DNA from: Chrysomallon squamiferum | Lineage: Eukaryota; Animalia; Mollusca | DNA: 64,000 bases | NCBI GenBank assembly: GCA_012295275.1 | Contig: CM022671.1 | Coordinates: forward strand, 21,700,001-21,764,000 | Reading direction: 5' to 3' | In this document: piece after piece, positions 30,401 through 44,273 of the stretch | Numbering within the stretch: position 1 is the stretch's first letter | Layout of the letters: each line of letters starts with the position of its first letter | Notes under the pieces: generated by a model | What the model was told of the DNA's origin: nothing | The model's database searches: none | The model's input: the letters and a program-made list of their open reading frames with translations, nothing else | Translations under genes and position numbers: made by a program

Positions 30401-33400
30401 GAATTTGCTACAAAATGATATTTGGAAATTTTTATCTTATAGGGTGTTAGCTTCAAACTGTAACCTGGAAATGTGAGTCTTTAAAAATTTAGGTTTTGCT
30501 GGGTTATTTTTGGTGTTTTTTTTTTTTTTTTTTCAGAAACATTTTAATTTATTGTTATTTTATTATTATTATTTTGAATTTCATATGGTACAGTGTTTTC
30601 TGAATGTTTATGAACTATCATTACTGGAAATAAATTCAGAACATAATTGCTAACAGATCTAAGAATTAATGAAATATAGGCACATTTTTGAAGCAGAAGA
30701 TAAGATAAATGTAGCAAAGAAATGTGTGTACTGAATGAATTAAAATATTTGATATTTTTTGGACAGGTGGCCAGGGACGAGAGTTTGTGGTTCTGGGAGA
30801 CAAAGAAGTTGATTATGATCCAAACTTCAGACTTTATCTCAACACAAAACTGGCTAACCCAAAATATGGACCAAATATTTTCGGCAAGTCCATGGTCATC
30901 AACTACACTGTAACACTTAAGGTAAATTAGTTACAGAATCATATTTTGTGGGTCTGTATTTATATGTGCATGTGCATGCATTATGAGAGTTTGCAGGAGT
31001 TTATATACATGCATGTATATATAAAAAATAATTACAAAAAGATTGTTTTTTGAGTGTTTTTTAAAAAAACAGATTATCTGTATCTGAAATATTTTTATAG
31101 TTATGATGGGATTCTTTGGACATTTTACCAATAATGACTACTTGAAATTTCTAAACAAGGAAAATATGAATATTTGTTATTACTATCAGCTATTTGTTGT
31201 ATTTTCTTTCATTCTGTTATTAATGTAAATTATTTTCTTCACAGGGTCTAGAAGATCAGTTGCTAAGTGTCATTGTTAAATTTGAGAGGAAAGAACTGGA
31301 GGAGCAAAGAGAAAGACTCATTCAGGAAACAAGGTATGAGAACAGGTTTTTTTTTTAAACAGTCCTTAAAATAATAACCAGCCATGAAAGAAAATGCCAG
31401 TTGTTGAAACAATAACTTTTCCTTATTTATACTGAAATGGGCACACGTTTAAAAAATTCAGCAGTTTACTAATATATTCATGTATTTATAAGATGGACTG
31501 ATTGAAAACATTTATTATTAACAAGACAAAAATGAATTAAAAATAGCAATCATGTTACATTTTAATATTTGTTTTTTTTTATTTATTTAACTCTATGTGG
31601 AAAACTGAAAATAATATATAATTTTATAAATAAAGCCTTTCTGTCACTTATTTTATGTAGCTTACTCAGGAACAGTCTATAATTTCATTGACTAAACCAG
31701 TCATCCAGCAGCCTGAAGCCATACTTCTACTGAAATAATTTTAACTTTCATTGATTTATTAAATTAAAAAAATAAACATTTTTGATCAAAGTACAATACA
31801 ACAGAATTGCTAACAGTAAAATACATTATTATATGAAATGTATAAAGACTAAAAAATAGTTATATAACAGTATAAATTAAAAATACAATTTCTTTTCATC
31901 TTTGTTTTGTTGTTGTTTTACAGTGAAAACAAACGTCTGTTGAAAGATCTAGAAGATTCCCTGCTAAGAGAATTGGCAACTTCACAAGGCAATATGCTTG
32001 ACAATGTGGAATTGGTGGAGACACTTGAAGAGACAAAAACCAAAGCAACTGAGGTAAAATTACAAGTTTTCAACACAAACTAAATGTTCTGAATGCTGAA
32101 AAGGGCACATAAAGTACTAGGATCTACTGTAATATGATAATTATGCTGAAAGTATGAAACGTGTTTATTTCTTTAGTAATGATAGAATTAGATGATACCC
32201 ATGCATCATACTAGATTAATTCAAATTTGATTCACTGTATCCTAGAGATTCTATTACAAATTAGTGGGATATGGGAAGTTAGAACTGCAGCAGTTATAAA
32301 GCACTTGAAAGATCTGAATTGTGATTATAATTTGATACAATATATCATAAAGGTTTCTATTACAAATCAATGGGTTGTGGTCAGAATTGAATATATACAA
32401 TAATTTTTTTTACAATATATCCTAGATATTCTGTGGTAAGTTGGTGGGAAATGTGAAGTTAGAATTGTGACAGTTATAATTTGATACAATATATCCTAGA
32501 TATTCTGTGAAATGGGAAGTTAGATTTGTGACTAGTATAATTTGATACAATATATTCAAGATATTCTGTGACAAATAATGGGATACTTCTCTTTGAACAT
32601 TACACCGATATTCAAGAAGTCAGTTATTCCAAACTTCAAAGATTAATAATTAAAACAACTTAGTTCTTGCTGAAGCAAAATAAAACCCAATTATCAGGAT
32701 GTTACTGAAAGAGCTGTGTGTTGCTGTAGGTGTCCGAGAAGCTGAAGCTCGGTGCTAAGACTGCCATTGATATTGAGAAGCTGCGAGACGGCTACAGACC
32801 TGCTGCCAAGCGAGGAGCCATCCTGTTCTTCGTTCTGGCTGAAATGTCGATAGTTAACAGCATGTACCAGTACTCCTTAGCCTCCTACCTCGAAGTGTTT
32901 GAGTTCTCACTCAAAAAGAGTCTTCCAGACTCGATCCTGGTGAAGAGGTTAAGAAACATAATGGACACACTTACACACAATGTCTACAACTACGGATGTA
33001 CTGGTTAGTACTAATCTGGTTTTTTTAATCTTTTTTTTTTTTTCATTATTGTTTTTAATAATTTAATAAAATGTTGTTGTTATCAGATTGTTGAAATGAT
33101 TGTTATGGTTATGAACAGCATTTACATTTTAAAGTGTACATCTGTTTTATTTAAATTAAAATTTGTATCAAAACAAAGGTCTCTAAATATACTTTGTTTC
33201 TGGGAAGTTTACAGTCATTGAGAAATTATGTGTTAAATAAGCACAGAGGGAAAATAATCAGTTATGGTAATTTAAATTTTCTTTGCTTCAGGTATCTTTG
33301 AAATGCACAAACTACTTTTCTCGTTCCAAATTACGATTAAATTGGAACAAGATCAGCAACATGTTGTCCAAGAAGAAGTGGATTTCTTCATAAAGGTTTG

Positions 33401-35579
33401 TACTAATTTACAGATTTTCTTCCAGCCATCCTGTGTTTCAATAACTTTAAACTGTGTTAATAAGCTAGATTTTCCAACTAATTTTTGTTAATTTTAAACT
33501 ATATTAATAATGCAGAATAATAAATGAAGTTAGAAATAATAATCCAGTTTGAAGAACTTTTTTGGTATAGAAGAGTTATTTTGACATTTGCCTTGGTTAA
33601 ATTAACTGATTAAATAAAGTGTAAAATTAGTTTTCTTTCACTGCTATTCTTTTATAATTTTAAAATCTTGAAATAATGATAGGTTGCAATAAACCATATA
33701 TAATCTATTTCTTTTCAGTTTTGGAATACATAACAAAACCCATTGTGTTTAGCATAATAATAACTGACTATAAAAATAACTTTCATGTTGTAAGACTAAA
33801 ATGTCACTAGAGACAAATTTTTCAGTGTGCAGAAAGATACTGACAACTTTGTTGTTTGCAGGGTAACATTGCGCTGGAGAAGAGTTCTCGACGAAAACCA
33901 TTCAGCTGGATTCCAGACGAGGGATGGGAGGACTGTGTTCACCTGACACAGGTTTTGCCAAACGTTTTTAGCAGTTTGCTTGACGATATAGAGAAACATG
34001 AAGACAAATGGAAAGAGGTATTTGTAAATAGTGAACAGCTTTAGACTCCCTGCAATGCTTGTTAACAGACACATATATTACAAAAACATTATGGTATGAT
34101 GTATTCTGGTGCTTTCCACTTGCTCGAAGGTGTTTGAAAATTCAGTGATAAGAACTTATATACGTCTATATATATATATATATAACATACATATATGCAT
34201 ATAAATTGTTATGTCTATATAATTTTCATTCTGCTTTGAGTCTACACATTCTGGTAAGTTTCATTATGGATACTGCTCATACATCTGATAAACTGAATAA
34301 CATGAGACACCATCATCTCTTCACTTCTCAGTAAATAATTAGCCAGAAGTGTTTCTCACATTTATTCTGGGCAGGGCATTTTTTGAATCTTTAACTTACG
34401 TCAAAAAAATTTGAATATTTTGCTTTCAGTGGTATGACCACGACACACCAGAATCTCAACCATTCCCAATGAAATATGAAAAGTCAATCTCCGAATTCCA
34501 GAAGCTCATGCTTCTTCGCTGTTTCCGAGTGGACCGCATTTACAGAGCCATCACAGAATACGTGACCAAGTGCATGGGAGAGAAGTACGTCACCCCACCC
34601 ATCATCAGCTTCGAGGCAATATTTGAACAGAGCACGCCTGTCTCACCCATTGTCTTCATTCTGAGTCCAGGCTCAGATCCTGCAAGTGATTTGTGGAAAC
34701 TGGCAGAAAGGCTGGACTTTGGCACCAACAAGATCAAATATTTGTCAATGGGACAGGGTCAAGAGAAGGTGAGATGTTACATGTTGTTGAGTTATGTTTG
34801 CAAGCTGATCTTTTACTAATGTAAAATAATTTATTTTGATGTAACAGGCTAGAATTAGAATTGGCATTGGCAAAAGCAAACAAAACCCCTGTTCACATGT
34901 TTGTGAGATAAAATTTTCAGTATTGTAATTATCTTTCATTTGTGTGTAATTAGAAGTCTAATATAGAAAGTTGAAACATTACAGATCTTAGAACAGCTAG
35001 TGCAAGAATACAATAATATGTTTGTAAATATCACATTAATATATGTATTTTAATGATTTTTAGTTTTATATATATATTTTTTTTTTTTTTTACTTTTACT
35101 TGCTTTTTTTTAAATATCTATGCACTATTAGACTTCTTATTTAATACGTACTTTGGATTTTAATTAAAGCTGATTTTTTTTTTTCCCCCAAGGTGGCATT
35201 GCAACTCTTAGAAACAGCTATAGCTCGAGGGCAGTGGCTCATGCTACAGAACTGTCACCTGCTGGTGAACTGGCTGAGAGATCTGGAGAAACAGCTGGAG
35301 AAACTTGTCAAGCCTCATCCTGACTTCAGACTCTGGCTTACCACTGAGCCAACTCCAAGTTTCCCCATTGGCATTCTACAGAGATCTCTGAAGGTATTTG
35401 TTTAAATTTGTAAAAAAAAATAAAATAATAATAATAATAAATAAAAAAAAAAAAAAAAAAAAGGGAAGGAAAAAAAAAGAATTAAAAATCATTTTAATAA
35501 TAATCTGATAAAAATTTGTATTTGGTTTGTTTGGAATTTATATGACAAAACATAGCAACATGATTTATTTTGTCTTGAT

Positions 35580-35610
<31 letters not shown>

Positions 35611-37078
35611 TTATTTGGATTATGGGTGATTAAATACATGAAACCATCCACCCTTAAGACTATTTAAATTTGTGTCAAAATCATCAATAGCTTACCCTTC
35701 ATTCATAACCTGTAATATAATTAAAGACATTTATGATTAATAACTAATTCATGTATTACCTATAATAAGATTCTTGTTAGATTTTAATATAAACGAATAT
35801 TCTTCAATCAGGTTGTCACTGAACCACCAAACGGCCTGAAACTGAATCTGCGAAGCACGTACCACAAGATACCTACTGTTGCTCTGACCGAATGTCCTCA
35901 CCCAGCTTTTTCATCACTAGTGTTTGTCCTGGCGTTCTTCCATGCGGTTGTACAGGAAAGAAGAAAGTATGGCAAAATTGGCTGGAATGTGTCCTACGAC
36001 TTCAATGAGTCTGATTTCCGCGTGTGCATGCAGATTCTGAACACGTACCTGACAAAGGCTTTTGAACAGGGCGATCCGAAAATTCCTTGGAACAGTTTGA
36101 AGTATCTGATTGGAGAGGTATGAAAAAAAAGTTCTGAGATCTTGTTAACTGTTCAGATGTATTTTACAATATTATTATTTTTTATTTTTTAATGAATGTT
36201 ACCAGTAATAATTAATACTGAAAATGAAGACTGTAGGTTGGAGTTTAGACTTTATTTAATTAGATGTGTTTGATGGTAACTAGCCTGTTAAATTTATACA
36301 GAATATAGCCAGTTACTGTATTTTTATAATTCTTTAAATTTGTCACAGGTTTTGTATAGAAATCATAATGACTATATTATCAGTGTTATTTATAGGTATT
36401 AAATGTTATAGGTTACATTTGGAGGTTAAATACTGGTTGTGAAAGATTATTGAATAGATTATTTAAAGTTTAATTACTGTATTATAGGCTATGTATCATT
36501 CAGTTATTGACTATAAATAACTATATATATATATATTATAGTAATGCACAAATTAGTTATCAATTATAAATGACTATATATATATGACTATATATATATG
36601 TATATTTTATAGGTAATACATGAATCAGTTATTAATCATAAACAACTATAATTATGTTACAGGTTATGTATGGAGGGCGAGCTATTGATGATTTTGACAG
36701 ACGAGTGCTCCGGACATACATGGATGAATACATGGGAGACTTCATCTTCGACACCTTCCAGCCTTTCCACTTCTTTGTGAATGATGAGGTGGATTACAAA
36801 ATACCAGAGGATGGACCAAGGGATAATTATGTTGGTGAGTAGATCCTTTTAAAATCTTAATACTCTTATTATATAAAAATATTCTATAATAATATAATAT
36901 TTTATAAACACACATATATAGCTGTATTTAAATTCAGCATTTGGTCTTAATATTGGACAAAATATTTGGACAAAATACTTTTTCATCATTATTATTTTTT
37001 TTTTTTTTTTTTTTTTTTTTATTTGATATATATTTTTTTTATTATTATAATCTTATTTTTTATTTTTCATTTTATTTT

Positions 37079-37112
<34 letters not shown>

Positions 37113-40100
37113 TTTTTTTTTGTTTTTCATTTGTATATCTTTTTAAACTTAAATAACTGTTTTATTATACAGGTACTTTTAATTCTGTTGTAAAAGAAAA
37201 ATATAGACACTGTGGTGCTGATTTTTAATTTCCGCACTGTTGAATGTTTCAGATTTCATCGAGTCTCTCCCACTGTCGAACACACCCGAAGTGTTTGGTC
37301 TCCACCCCAATGCTGAGATTGGTTATTACACCCAGGCAGCTCGGGGCATGTGGACTCACCTGGTAGACCTTCAGCCACAAACAAGTCAGTAGTCACAGCA
37401 CTTTACATATCATAACTAATGTACATCACTAATTTTACTTTTTTATCAGTACAGGCATTTCAACAGAACATAGAGACAATGTCATAAAAATGTGAATTCA
37501 TTTTACATATAATTAATATATCATTAATTTTACATATAAATAGCATTAATTTTACTTTATCAGTACATGCATCTCAGCACGACAGTCATAGGCATGAATA
37601 TCTGAATTATATATATGTGTGTGTTTGTGTATCTATATATATAAATATAGATATGAATATGAATGTATGTATGTGTGTGTATGTGTATGTATATGTGTAT
37701 ATGTGTGTATGTGTATATATATATATATATATATAGATAGATAGATAGATAGATAGATAGGAGAAAGAGATATAGGAATCAAGGTGTATACACACACACA
37801 TCCACCTCTCTTAAACATACACTCACAGAAAAACAATTTTATATATATATATATATAAAATATTATAACAATAAAATTAATCATAAATTAATCATACATC
37901 TAAATGAATGAATGTTTAACAACACCTCAGCACTCAAAAAATGTTGACAATTTGGTCTCAAACAAACACATATCTAAACTTTCACAGAGCTGTGGATGTA
38001 TCATGTTCTAACATAATGGCTGAACTATATTAAGTTTCTAATGGGAATTTATTCACCCTTTCTTAAGCACATTCTCACAGGAAAACATTTACATATATAA
38101 AATGTTATAATGAGGAAGTTAAATATGATCATATCTAAACACATATCTAAACTTACACTATTGCAGATATATCTTATAATAACATAATGTTTGAAATTTT
38201 TGAAATTTCAAGTGGGAATTTATTAACACTGGACTGATTAATGTATGAATTTCAATTAGATAAATCCAGTATTGTAAATTATGTAATTCAGAATTACTTT
38301 TTGATATTTGATTAGCATTCTTTATCATCATCGTCATCATTATTACTACTACTACTACTACAGATATTATTATCATCATCACATCATTATTCATGATTGT
38401 CATTGTTATTATAACTATTATTATTATATTATTATTATGTTATCATGATCGTTATTACTGTTGTTATTATTCATATTTATATTTTATCAGGTGAAAGCAG
38501 CTCTGGAATTAGCAGAGAAGATTTCATTGACAAAATTGCCAGCGACGTTCTGAATCGTCTTCCACCTGAGTTTGAGCTGGACAAGATAAAGAAGAAGTTT
38601 GGTATTGGAGTGTCTCCTACAACTGTTGTCTTACTGCAGGAGTTGGAGAGATTCAACAAACTGGGCAACAGAATGAGAAGATCTCTTGTCACACTGAAAA
38701 GGGTTTGTTTTACTAAAATATTCTCCAGGGTGAAAAAAGTAAAATCTGCACATCTATCTATGTATCTGTATGTCTGTCTATCTGTCTATATCTACCTATC
38801 AATATACCTATCTATCTATCTATCTAGCTATAAATTAAGAATATGTATTTTATATGTATAAAACACGTTTAATATGAATTTGTTTTCAAATGGATTAAAT
38901 TTAAATATCATAAAGATGTGTTAAATAAATAATTAATTTTATACTTTTCTTTTTGTTTATAATTAATGTTTATGAGGTACCATAAACTGATATTTTCTCT
39001 TAAACAGGACTTTGTTACTGTTTAAACATTTTGAGATATTATTTAGCTCAGATAACTCATTGGAATAAAACCAAAGGCAATCAAAAATTATCTTTTTTTA
39101 ATTTTCAATTAATGATTATTTATGAATATTATTAACCTAATTATTATTGTCTTTGTTATCATCATCATCATCATTATTACTAAGTAATATATGTAATAAT
39201 AATAATTTAATATAATTTTTGTTTTTGTTTTTTTCAATCTCAGGCACTGGCTGGTGAGGTGGGAATGAGCAGTGAACTGGATGACGTAGCCAAGTCACTT
39301 TTCAATGGCTTCATTCCAGCCATCTGGAGACGACTGGCTCCTGACACTCTCAAGTCACTGGGAAACTGGATGATCCACTTCCTCAGGAGAAATGCACAGT
39401 ATGTCTCATGGGTAAGTGATTTTAGAGAGATTTAACTAATCAGTTAAGCTGCAAGAACTATCTTGACATCTAACCAATCAGTTAAATTGCAAGAACTAGC
39501 TCCTAGCCAACAATTAAATTTATAATTTCTTAAACACTTAGTCAGCTGAAACTCAGTAGTGTTACATGCAATTGATTTATTTCATGGAGAATATTCTTCA
39601 TCTTCAAGATGTGTTCCAGTGAATTTGTTGCCAGTGTTTGGTGTGTTAATATTTTTATCATTTAGAAGTCAGTATTTGTATAAAATTTTAACATTGTCAC
39701 TCAACAATAAATATTTATTTATCCTATTTTGAGTTTTGTGGTAACCAAAACATTCTCAAACCATTGATATATAATAAAAATTATTTTATTTCACATTCAA
39801 AGTAAGTAATATTGAACTGTCCATCATATTAAAAATATTCAAATGTAATTATTAAACATTTCTGAACCTTTCAACCCAAGAGAAAACAATGTTTATTTTT
39901 TTTGTATTTTTAAATTACCAGATTTCATTTATTTAAAATAATATCTTAATAAAACTAATTTATTCTCTTTTTAAATAACTTGGTAAACTTTAAAAAAAAA
40001 AAAAAATTATAATAATAAAAAATAAAATAAATAAATAAAATAAAATAAAATAATTGAATCCAAAATAATAATTTTAGTTTACTGAACAGAAAAAAAAAAA

Positions 40101-40454
40101 AAAAAATCAATATCAATCCAGTATTTTATTTTTTCGTCCACTTCAAAAACAAATTTATAATTTTTCAGTTAAATGATGGTGAACCTTCAGTGATGTGGTT
40201 GTCAGGTCTGCACATTCCTGAATCCTACCTGACCGCTCTCGTCCAGGCCACCTGCAGGAAGAATGGCTGGCCGCTGGACAAGTCAACGTTGTACACGAGT
40301 GTCACCAAATACGAGTCAGTAGACGATGTAGCCGAGAGAGCACATCAAGGTATGCTTCATAACAAACAGAAAATCACCTCATACAGAACTAAAGTCATTT
40401 TTATTTCATTATTGTTATTGTATTAATATCAGTATCATCATAAGTACTGTTATT

Positions 40455-40538
<84 letters not shown>

Positions 40539-40545
40539 ATTATTA

Positions 40546-40576
<31 letters not shown>

Positions 40577-41550
40577 CTTTATGAATGTGTTAAAGCAAGT
40601 AATTTTATTTTTAAGGTTTTTTATTATTACTCACTGAAATAAACTGCGAACTAGTAAAAGTTAGGAATATGGAATCACGCAGGGAAAGAATTCTTTGTTA
40701 CAGCAGACAACCAATGTATTTTCTTCAATTACAGGCTGCTTTGTGAGTGGTTTGTATTTGGAAGGAGCTGCCTGGGACCTGGAAAACCGGTGCATAGTCC
40801 GACAGAAACCAAAACAACTAATTCAAGAATTGCCAATCCTTAAAGTTATACCCATAGAGGCCCACAGATTAAAACTTCAGGTAAAATAAAAAATAAAAAA
40901 TTAAATAATAATAAAATCTTTAAATAAATTAGTTAATCAATTTTTTTTTTAGTTATTTATTTTCATTTTATTTATTTATTTTATATAGATTTTAAAAATG
41001 ATTTCTCGAGTCCATTTAAACAAGATCTGTTGATTATTTACTTTTCTATAATTTTCTGCATTTGTCCACAGTATCAAATTAAATTAAAACAACAAAAGAA
41101 AAAAAAGACAGTAGCATACACTTAAACTGAAATCTTTGGAAACCTATTTATTCCAAAATAAATTTAGTATTGATTATATTAGGATATCTGCACAGAGGAA
41201 AAAATAAATCAAACCTTCCACAAAAATATTAAAAGTAACAATTTTTGAAATCTTTACCATATTTACTTACATATATTAAATCCTTCTGAGACAGAGATTT
41301 TTTTAAATATCAACCAAATATTAGCTGTGAATTAACAAGTGATAAAATAAAGATGTAAATGTTATTTCATATGGTTCACTTTATTTGACACTATTATTTT
41401 CAGAACACATTCCGAACACCTGTCTATGTGACATCACAGAGAAGAAACGCTATGGGCGTTGGTCTTGTTTTTGAAGCTGATCTTGCCACAACAGAGCACA
41501 TTTCACACTGGACTCTTCAAGGCCTCTGTCTTATTCTGAACACGGACTAA
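146..41550 (+). CDS. DNAH10: Dynein axonemal heavy chain 10 (inner-arm I1/f alpha type), 5'-partial, 61 coding exons in window, stop TAA at 41548-41550
   Basis: Exons hand-assembled with consistent phase: 146-292, 682-870, 1156-1316, 1765-1996, 2480-2734, 3218-3376, 3680-3796, 4228-4330, 4736-4914, 5375-5586, 6118-6274, 6770-7003, 7926-8048, 8585-8818, 9251-9474, 9940-10108, 10731-10831, 11544-11727, 11920-12054, 12556-12708, 13331-13521 (frameshift), 14044-14190, 14618-14809, 15306-15424, 16028-16322, 16857-17114, 17658-17862, 18657-18931, 19310-19462, 19878-20203, 20486-20693, 22065-22229, 22668-22989, 23363-23451, 23856-24006, 24524-24612, 24931-25128, 25606-25839, 26554-26651, 27183-27364, 27959-28095, 28472-28689, 28892-29113, 29543-29690, 30250-30385, 30767-30921, 31245-31333, 31924-32053, 32730-33003, 33292-33395, 33862-34017, 34430-34768, 35193-35393, 35812-36117, 36663-36834, 37253-37384, 38491-38702, 39244-39411, 40169-40349, 40735-40880, 41404-41550. 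Dynein motifs: [29 protein letters not shown]-loops GPAGTGKT / GPTGGGKT / GETGTSKT / [32 protein letters not shown]. The GxxGTSKT AAA3 loop and the C-terminus [16 protein letters not shown] match DNAH10 orthologues as recalled. Confidence 0.93.
3934..3980. repeat. (AAT)n microsatellite
   Basis: Direct reading, intronic. Confidence 0.9.
7070..7505. repeat. Degenerate intronic minisatellite, unit about 22-24 bp (ATAAATAACATTTAGAATTTTTTG-like)
   Basis: Many recurrences of ATAAAT(A/G)(A/G)CATT followed by AATTTTT through the intron. Confidence 0.7.
11544..14190 (+). other. DNAH10: DNAH10 AAA1 (principal ATPase) module exons
   Basis: Walker [17 protein letters not shown] (11920-12054), Walker [11 protein letters not shown] (12556-12708), sensor [16 protein letters not shown] (13331 onward), sensor [12 protein letters not shown] (14044-14190). 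Confidence 0.9.
13138..13227. repeat. (TTA)n followed by poly-T
   Basis: Direct reading. Confidence 0.9.
14490..14575. repeat. (CA)n microsatellite
   Basis: Direct reading; source of the THTHTH pseudo-ORF. Confidence 0.95.
14917..15023. repeat. Compound (AAT)/(GAT)n/(AAC) microsatellite
   Basis: Direct reading. Confidence 0.85.
17894..18041. repeat. (TATG)n microsatellite
   Basis: Direct reading; source of the MYVC/HTYI pseudo-ORFs. Confidence 0.95.
18552..18610. repeat. (GAGT)n microsatellite
   Basis: Direct reading. Confidence 0.95.
19100..19219. repeat. Compound (TATC)/(TCTAAAATCTA)/(TCTG)n repeat
   Basis: Direct reading. Confidence 0.85.
22270..22630. repeat. Degenerate about 21-bp minisatellite (TTTCATGGGTTGAAGTGA-like)
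   Basis: Recurrent TTCATGG / GTTGA motifs throughout the GC-AG intron. Confidence 0.65.
25606..29113 (+). other. DNAH10: DNAH10 stalk coiled coils and microtubule-binding domain exons
   Basis: After AAA4: RLAGGLQKI...[15 protein letters not shown]...[12 protein letters not shown]...EIKPKREKV...[16 protein letters not shown], the canonical CC1-MTBD-CC2 order. Confidence 0.85.
32225..32585. repeat. Degenerate tandem repeat, unit about 50-65 bp
   Basis: TATAATTTGATACAATATATC recurs at about 32326, 32476 and 32536, with GGAAGTTAGAATTGTG-like and TAGATATTCTGTG-like motifs. Confidence 0.75.
37608..37860. repeat. Compound (TA)/(TG)/(GATA)n microsatellite field
   Basis: Direct reading. Confidence 0.85.
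40451..40576. repeat. (TTG)n then (TTA)n microsatellite
   Basis: Direct reading. Confidence 0.95.
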
Positions 41551-41696
41551 ATTAAATACCCATTTTCTAAATCTGGATATCGCATTTTGGTTTATGCTCT
41601 GTTTGTTTCACTGGTTTTTGTCCGAGTTTTTTCTTTTTCTTGTTTTTAAACTTCACTTTTGTGAAAGAACTTGTTTTGTTTTACACTTACTGTTAC

Positions 41697-41730
<34 letters not shown>

Positions 41731-43395
41731 AAATTAACATTTTATGTGTTATATGGATATAAACAAACATATTTGTAATTTCATGTTTATAGTATGTATT
41801 ATTCCATGTTGCCAATGGAAAAGTAGTGCATCCCAAAGCTCGCTATGGAAAGTAAGAAAAATAAAAACAATACTTTCACTGTGATTATTATATACTAGTC
41901 CCAAATTCTAACATATTGTTGAACTGTCTTTGGATGTTGCACAAACAGAGCCAAAAAATATGCTGTTTAAACAAAGCATGATAATAAATTTGTTTCCTTT
42001 TTACCACTGTGATAAAATTTGGGTTTCCTTATATCTTGAAAAATTGAAGCAGAACCATTTAGAAATTTTCATTTTTATGAAAGTGATAAAACATTGTTTA
42101 GAATTATAACAGAACTGACTATATATTTTTTGTTTTAATTCACCACTTCTTCCTTTTGTAAAATGAAACATTAAAATACTGGACTATTAATAAAATCATT
42201 AAAACCTAAATATGCTAGTATAGCAGCCATTTACTTTATTTATTTATTTATTTATTTGTCTTAGTATGTAATGCACTTGAAGGAGAGGTGGCAATTTTGA
42301 TATTTACTGTAAATAGTTTGTGTGTCAGAAAAATGTCTATACAGCTGTCATCCAGTGGTCTGATTGCTGAGTATGATGGGAATATTACTTGTAGATAACA
42401 GCACAATAATAACAACAAGATGGCTGCAGTTTTGTTTTCATTTATATATGTGTTTTCTTGGGAGGAGGTAGTTTTGGTGTTTTTTTTAATAATATAAAAA
42501 CCCATTAATACGAAAATAATATGTATATAGGAATTAATATTTATTAATGTAAACAGAAATATGTGAAACTGTATAATAATATGTTCATTCTTTAAATGTT
42601 GCAGTATTAAACACGATGAAAAAATAAGTTACTTTCTCATCATCATCATTCCATCCAGAATTTATATTTTACATTAATTTTGAAAGTGATATACTATATT
42701 CTTTTATTTTATACATTGATTCTTTTACAAATATAAATTATTTATGTAAAAGTGAATGTTTTTTTTTTTATTAAAATTATTTATTGTTTCACGTTTGTTG
42801 TTTTTAAATTCTTTTTACTAAATATTCTCAGAAATATTATGTTTGTGTATGTCTCTCTCTGTGTGTGTGTCATTGTTGATTTATACAAAAATTATTAATA
42901 ATAATAATAATAATAATAATAATTCACTGCAATCAGACATAACTCAGGTATATTCTGTAGTCACTAACCTATAGGCCACCCCCTTTATTTGTATAAATGC
43001 CATGCTGTTATTGCTTTTTTAGTAAATCAATTACCTTCCACCATCATAATGTGAATACTTAAAATACATTGACTCGTCTGTATGTAATTAATACTCCAAT
43101 AAGCTCGTCCTTTTTTTTTGAAGCTAATAAGATATTTATTAGCCACTTAAATAGAAATGTCAGTAATGTTAAAAAAAAACAACCCAAAAACAACTTTCTT
43201 CCACTTTCTTTTTCACAACTGTTATTAGAAGAATAACAGTACCGATTACCCCCACACAATAGTTTAAATTCATCAGCACATAATTATCTGAGAACATTGG
43301 CCTTACTTCATTATCAGCAAAAACTCACAACTCGTTACGGTGTATTAGCAGCTACATTAGAGCTGCTAAGAACCAACATATTGGGAATTTTTCTT

Positions 43396-43477
43396 TATAA
43401 AAGGTCATGTTGCTGTGTTCTCAGAACCAGAATGCATACATTTCCATTTCAAAGAAGAATATAGAAGATCCAAAAAG
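43396..43477 (+). promoter_or_regulatory. TATA box plus putative non-coding first exon of the small secreted-protein gene
   Basis: TATAAAAG at 43396-43403, Inr-like TCAGAA about 27 nt downstream, donor AAAG|GTAAAA after 43477; an acceptor TTTTCCAG ends at 44271, just before the ATG at 44274. Confidence 0.5.
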
Positions 43478-44273
43478 GTAAAAAAAAAATTTCATCTACT
43501 CTCAAAATTAAACATTAATCTTATTACTAACTCATTTATGGGGGGTGGGGTGGAATGGGGCTATTTATTTTATTACCCATAAAAAACTAATTAAAAAAAA
43601 AGAATAATAAAATAAAATTTTCCAGTTATTTTCGTAATATTTTAAAGCATATAACAACTGATACTTAACCTTTCTGAGAAACAGATTTCCCTCAAGTAAA
43701 TTTAATATTAACAGATTTAAAATTTAAAAGTCAAAATAAATTTTAAATTGTCAAATGTTTGGGAAATGTTTGTCTTTTCCATTGGCACTGATAAAAGGCT
43801 CGATAAGATTCAAATCTTGGTAACTATATGATTTTGTTATACAGTGGGACTTATACAGTGTATATTTTGGGTTATTGTTCGTACCAATAAAAGTAGACAT
43901 TAATGTTATTTATACATATCAAAAATAGCATAATTAAACATATATGTGTATAAACAATGTGGAGATGCTTCCAAAATAATAAAATCATAATAACTAATCA
44001 CAATTCATTAACTTTTCATCTCCAATATTTCTGACACGTATAAATAGCATTAAACTGTACCGTTAATGGTGTCAACAATTATTACAACAATTATATACTA
44101 TTAATAAAGTCAGATAACATACTCAACTTTAAACCTCCAATTTTACAGCACAATGTTACTTTCATACACAGAAATAAATAGATTTTAAATAATCAGGATA
44201 ATGCTGTGATTCAACATACGTACTTCATTCTGTAGAAGTTATAATAATCGTTGTAATTTTGCGTTTTCCAGCA

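Noticed and set aside
32225-32585. Repeat-spacer-like pattern suggestive of a CRISPR array
   Set aside because: Eukaryotic intron, the spacers resemble each other, the units are degenerate and there are no cas genes; it is a minisatellite.
37902-37968. AATGAATGAATGTTTAACAACACCTCAGCAC, reminiscent of a gastropod SINE tail
   Set aside because: Too short and degenerate to call without a repeat library.
1275-38692. Many minus-strand ORFs overlapping DNAH10 exons
   Set aside because: Antisense shadows of coding exons; no independent splice structure or recognisable homology.
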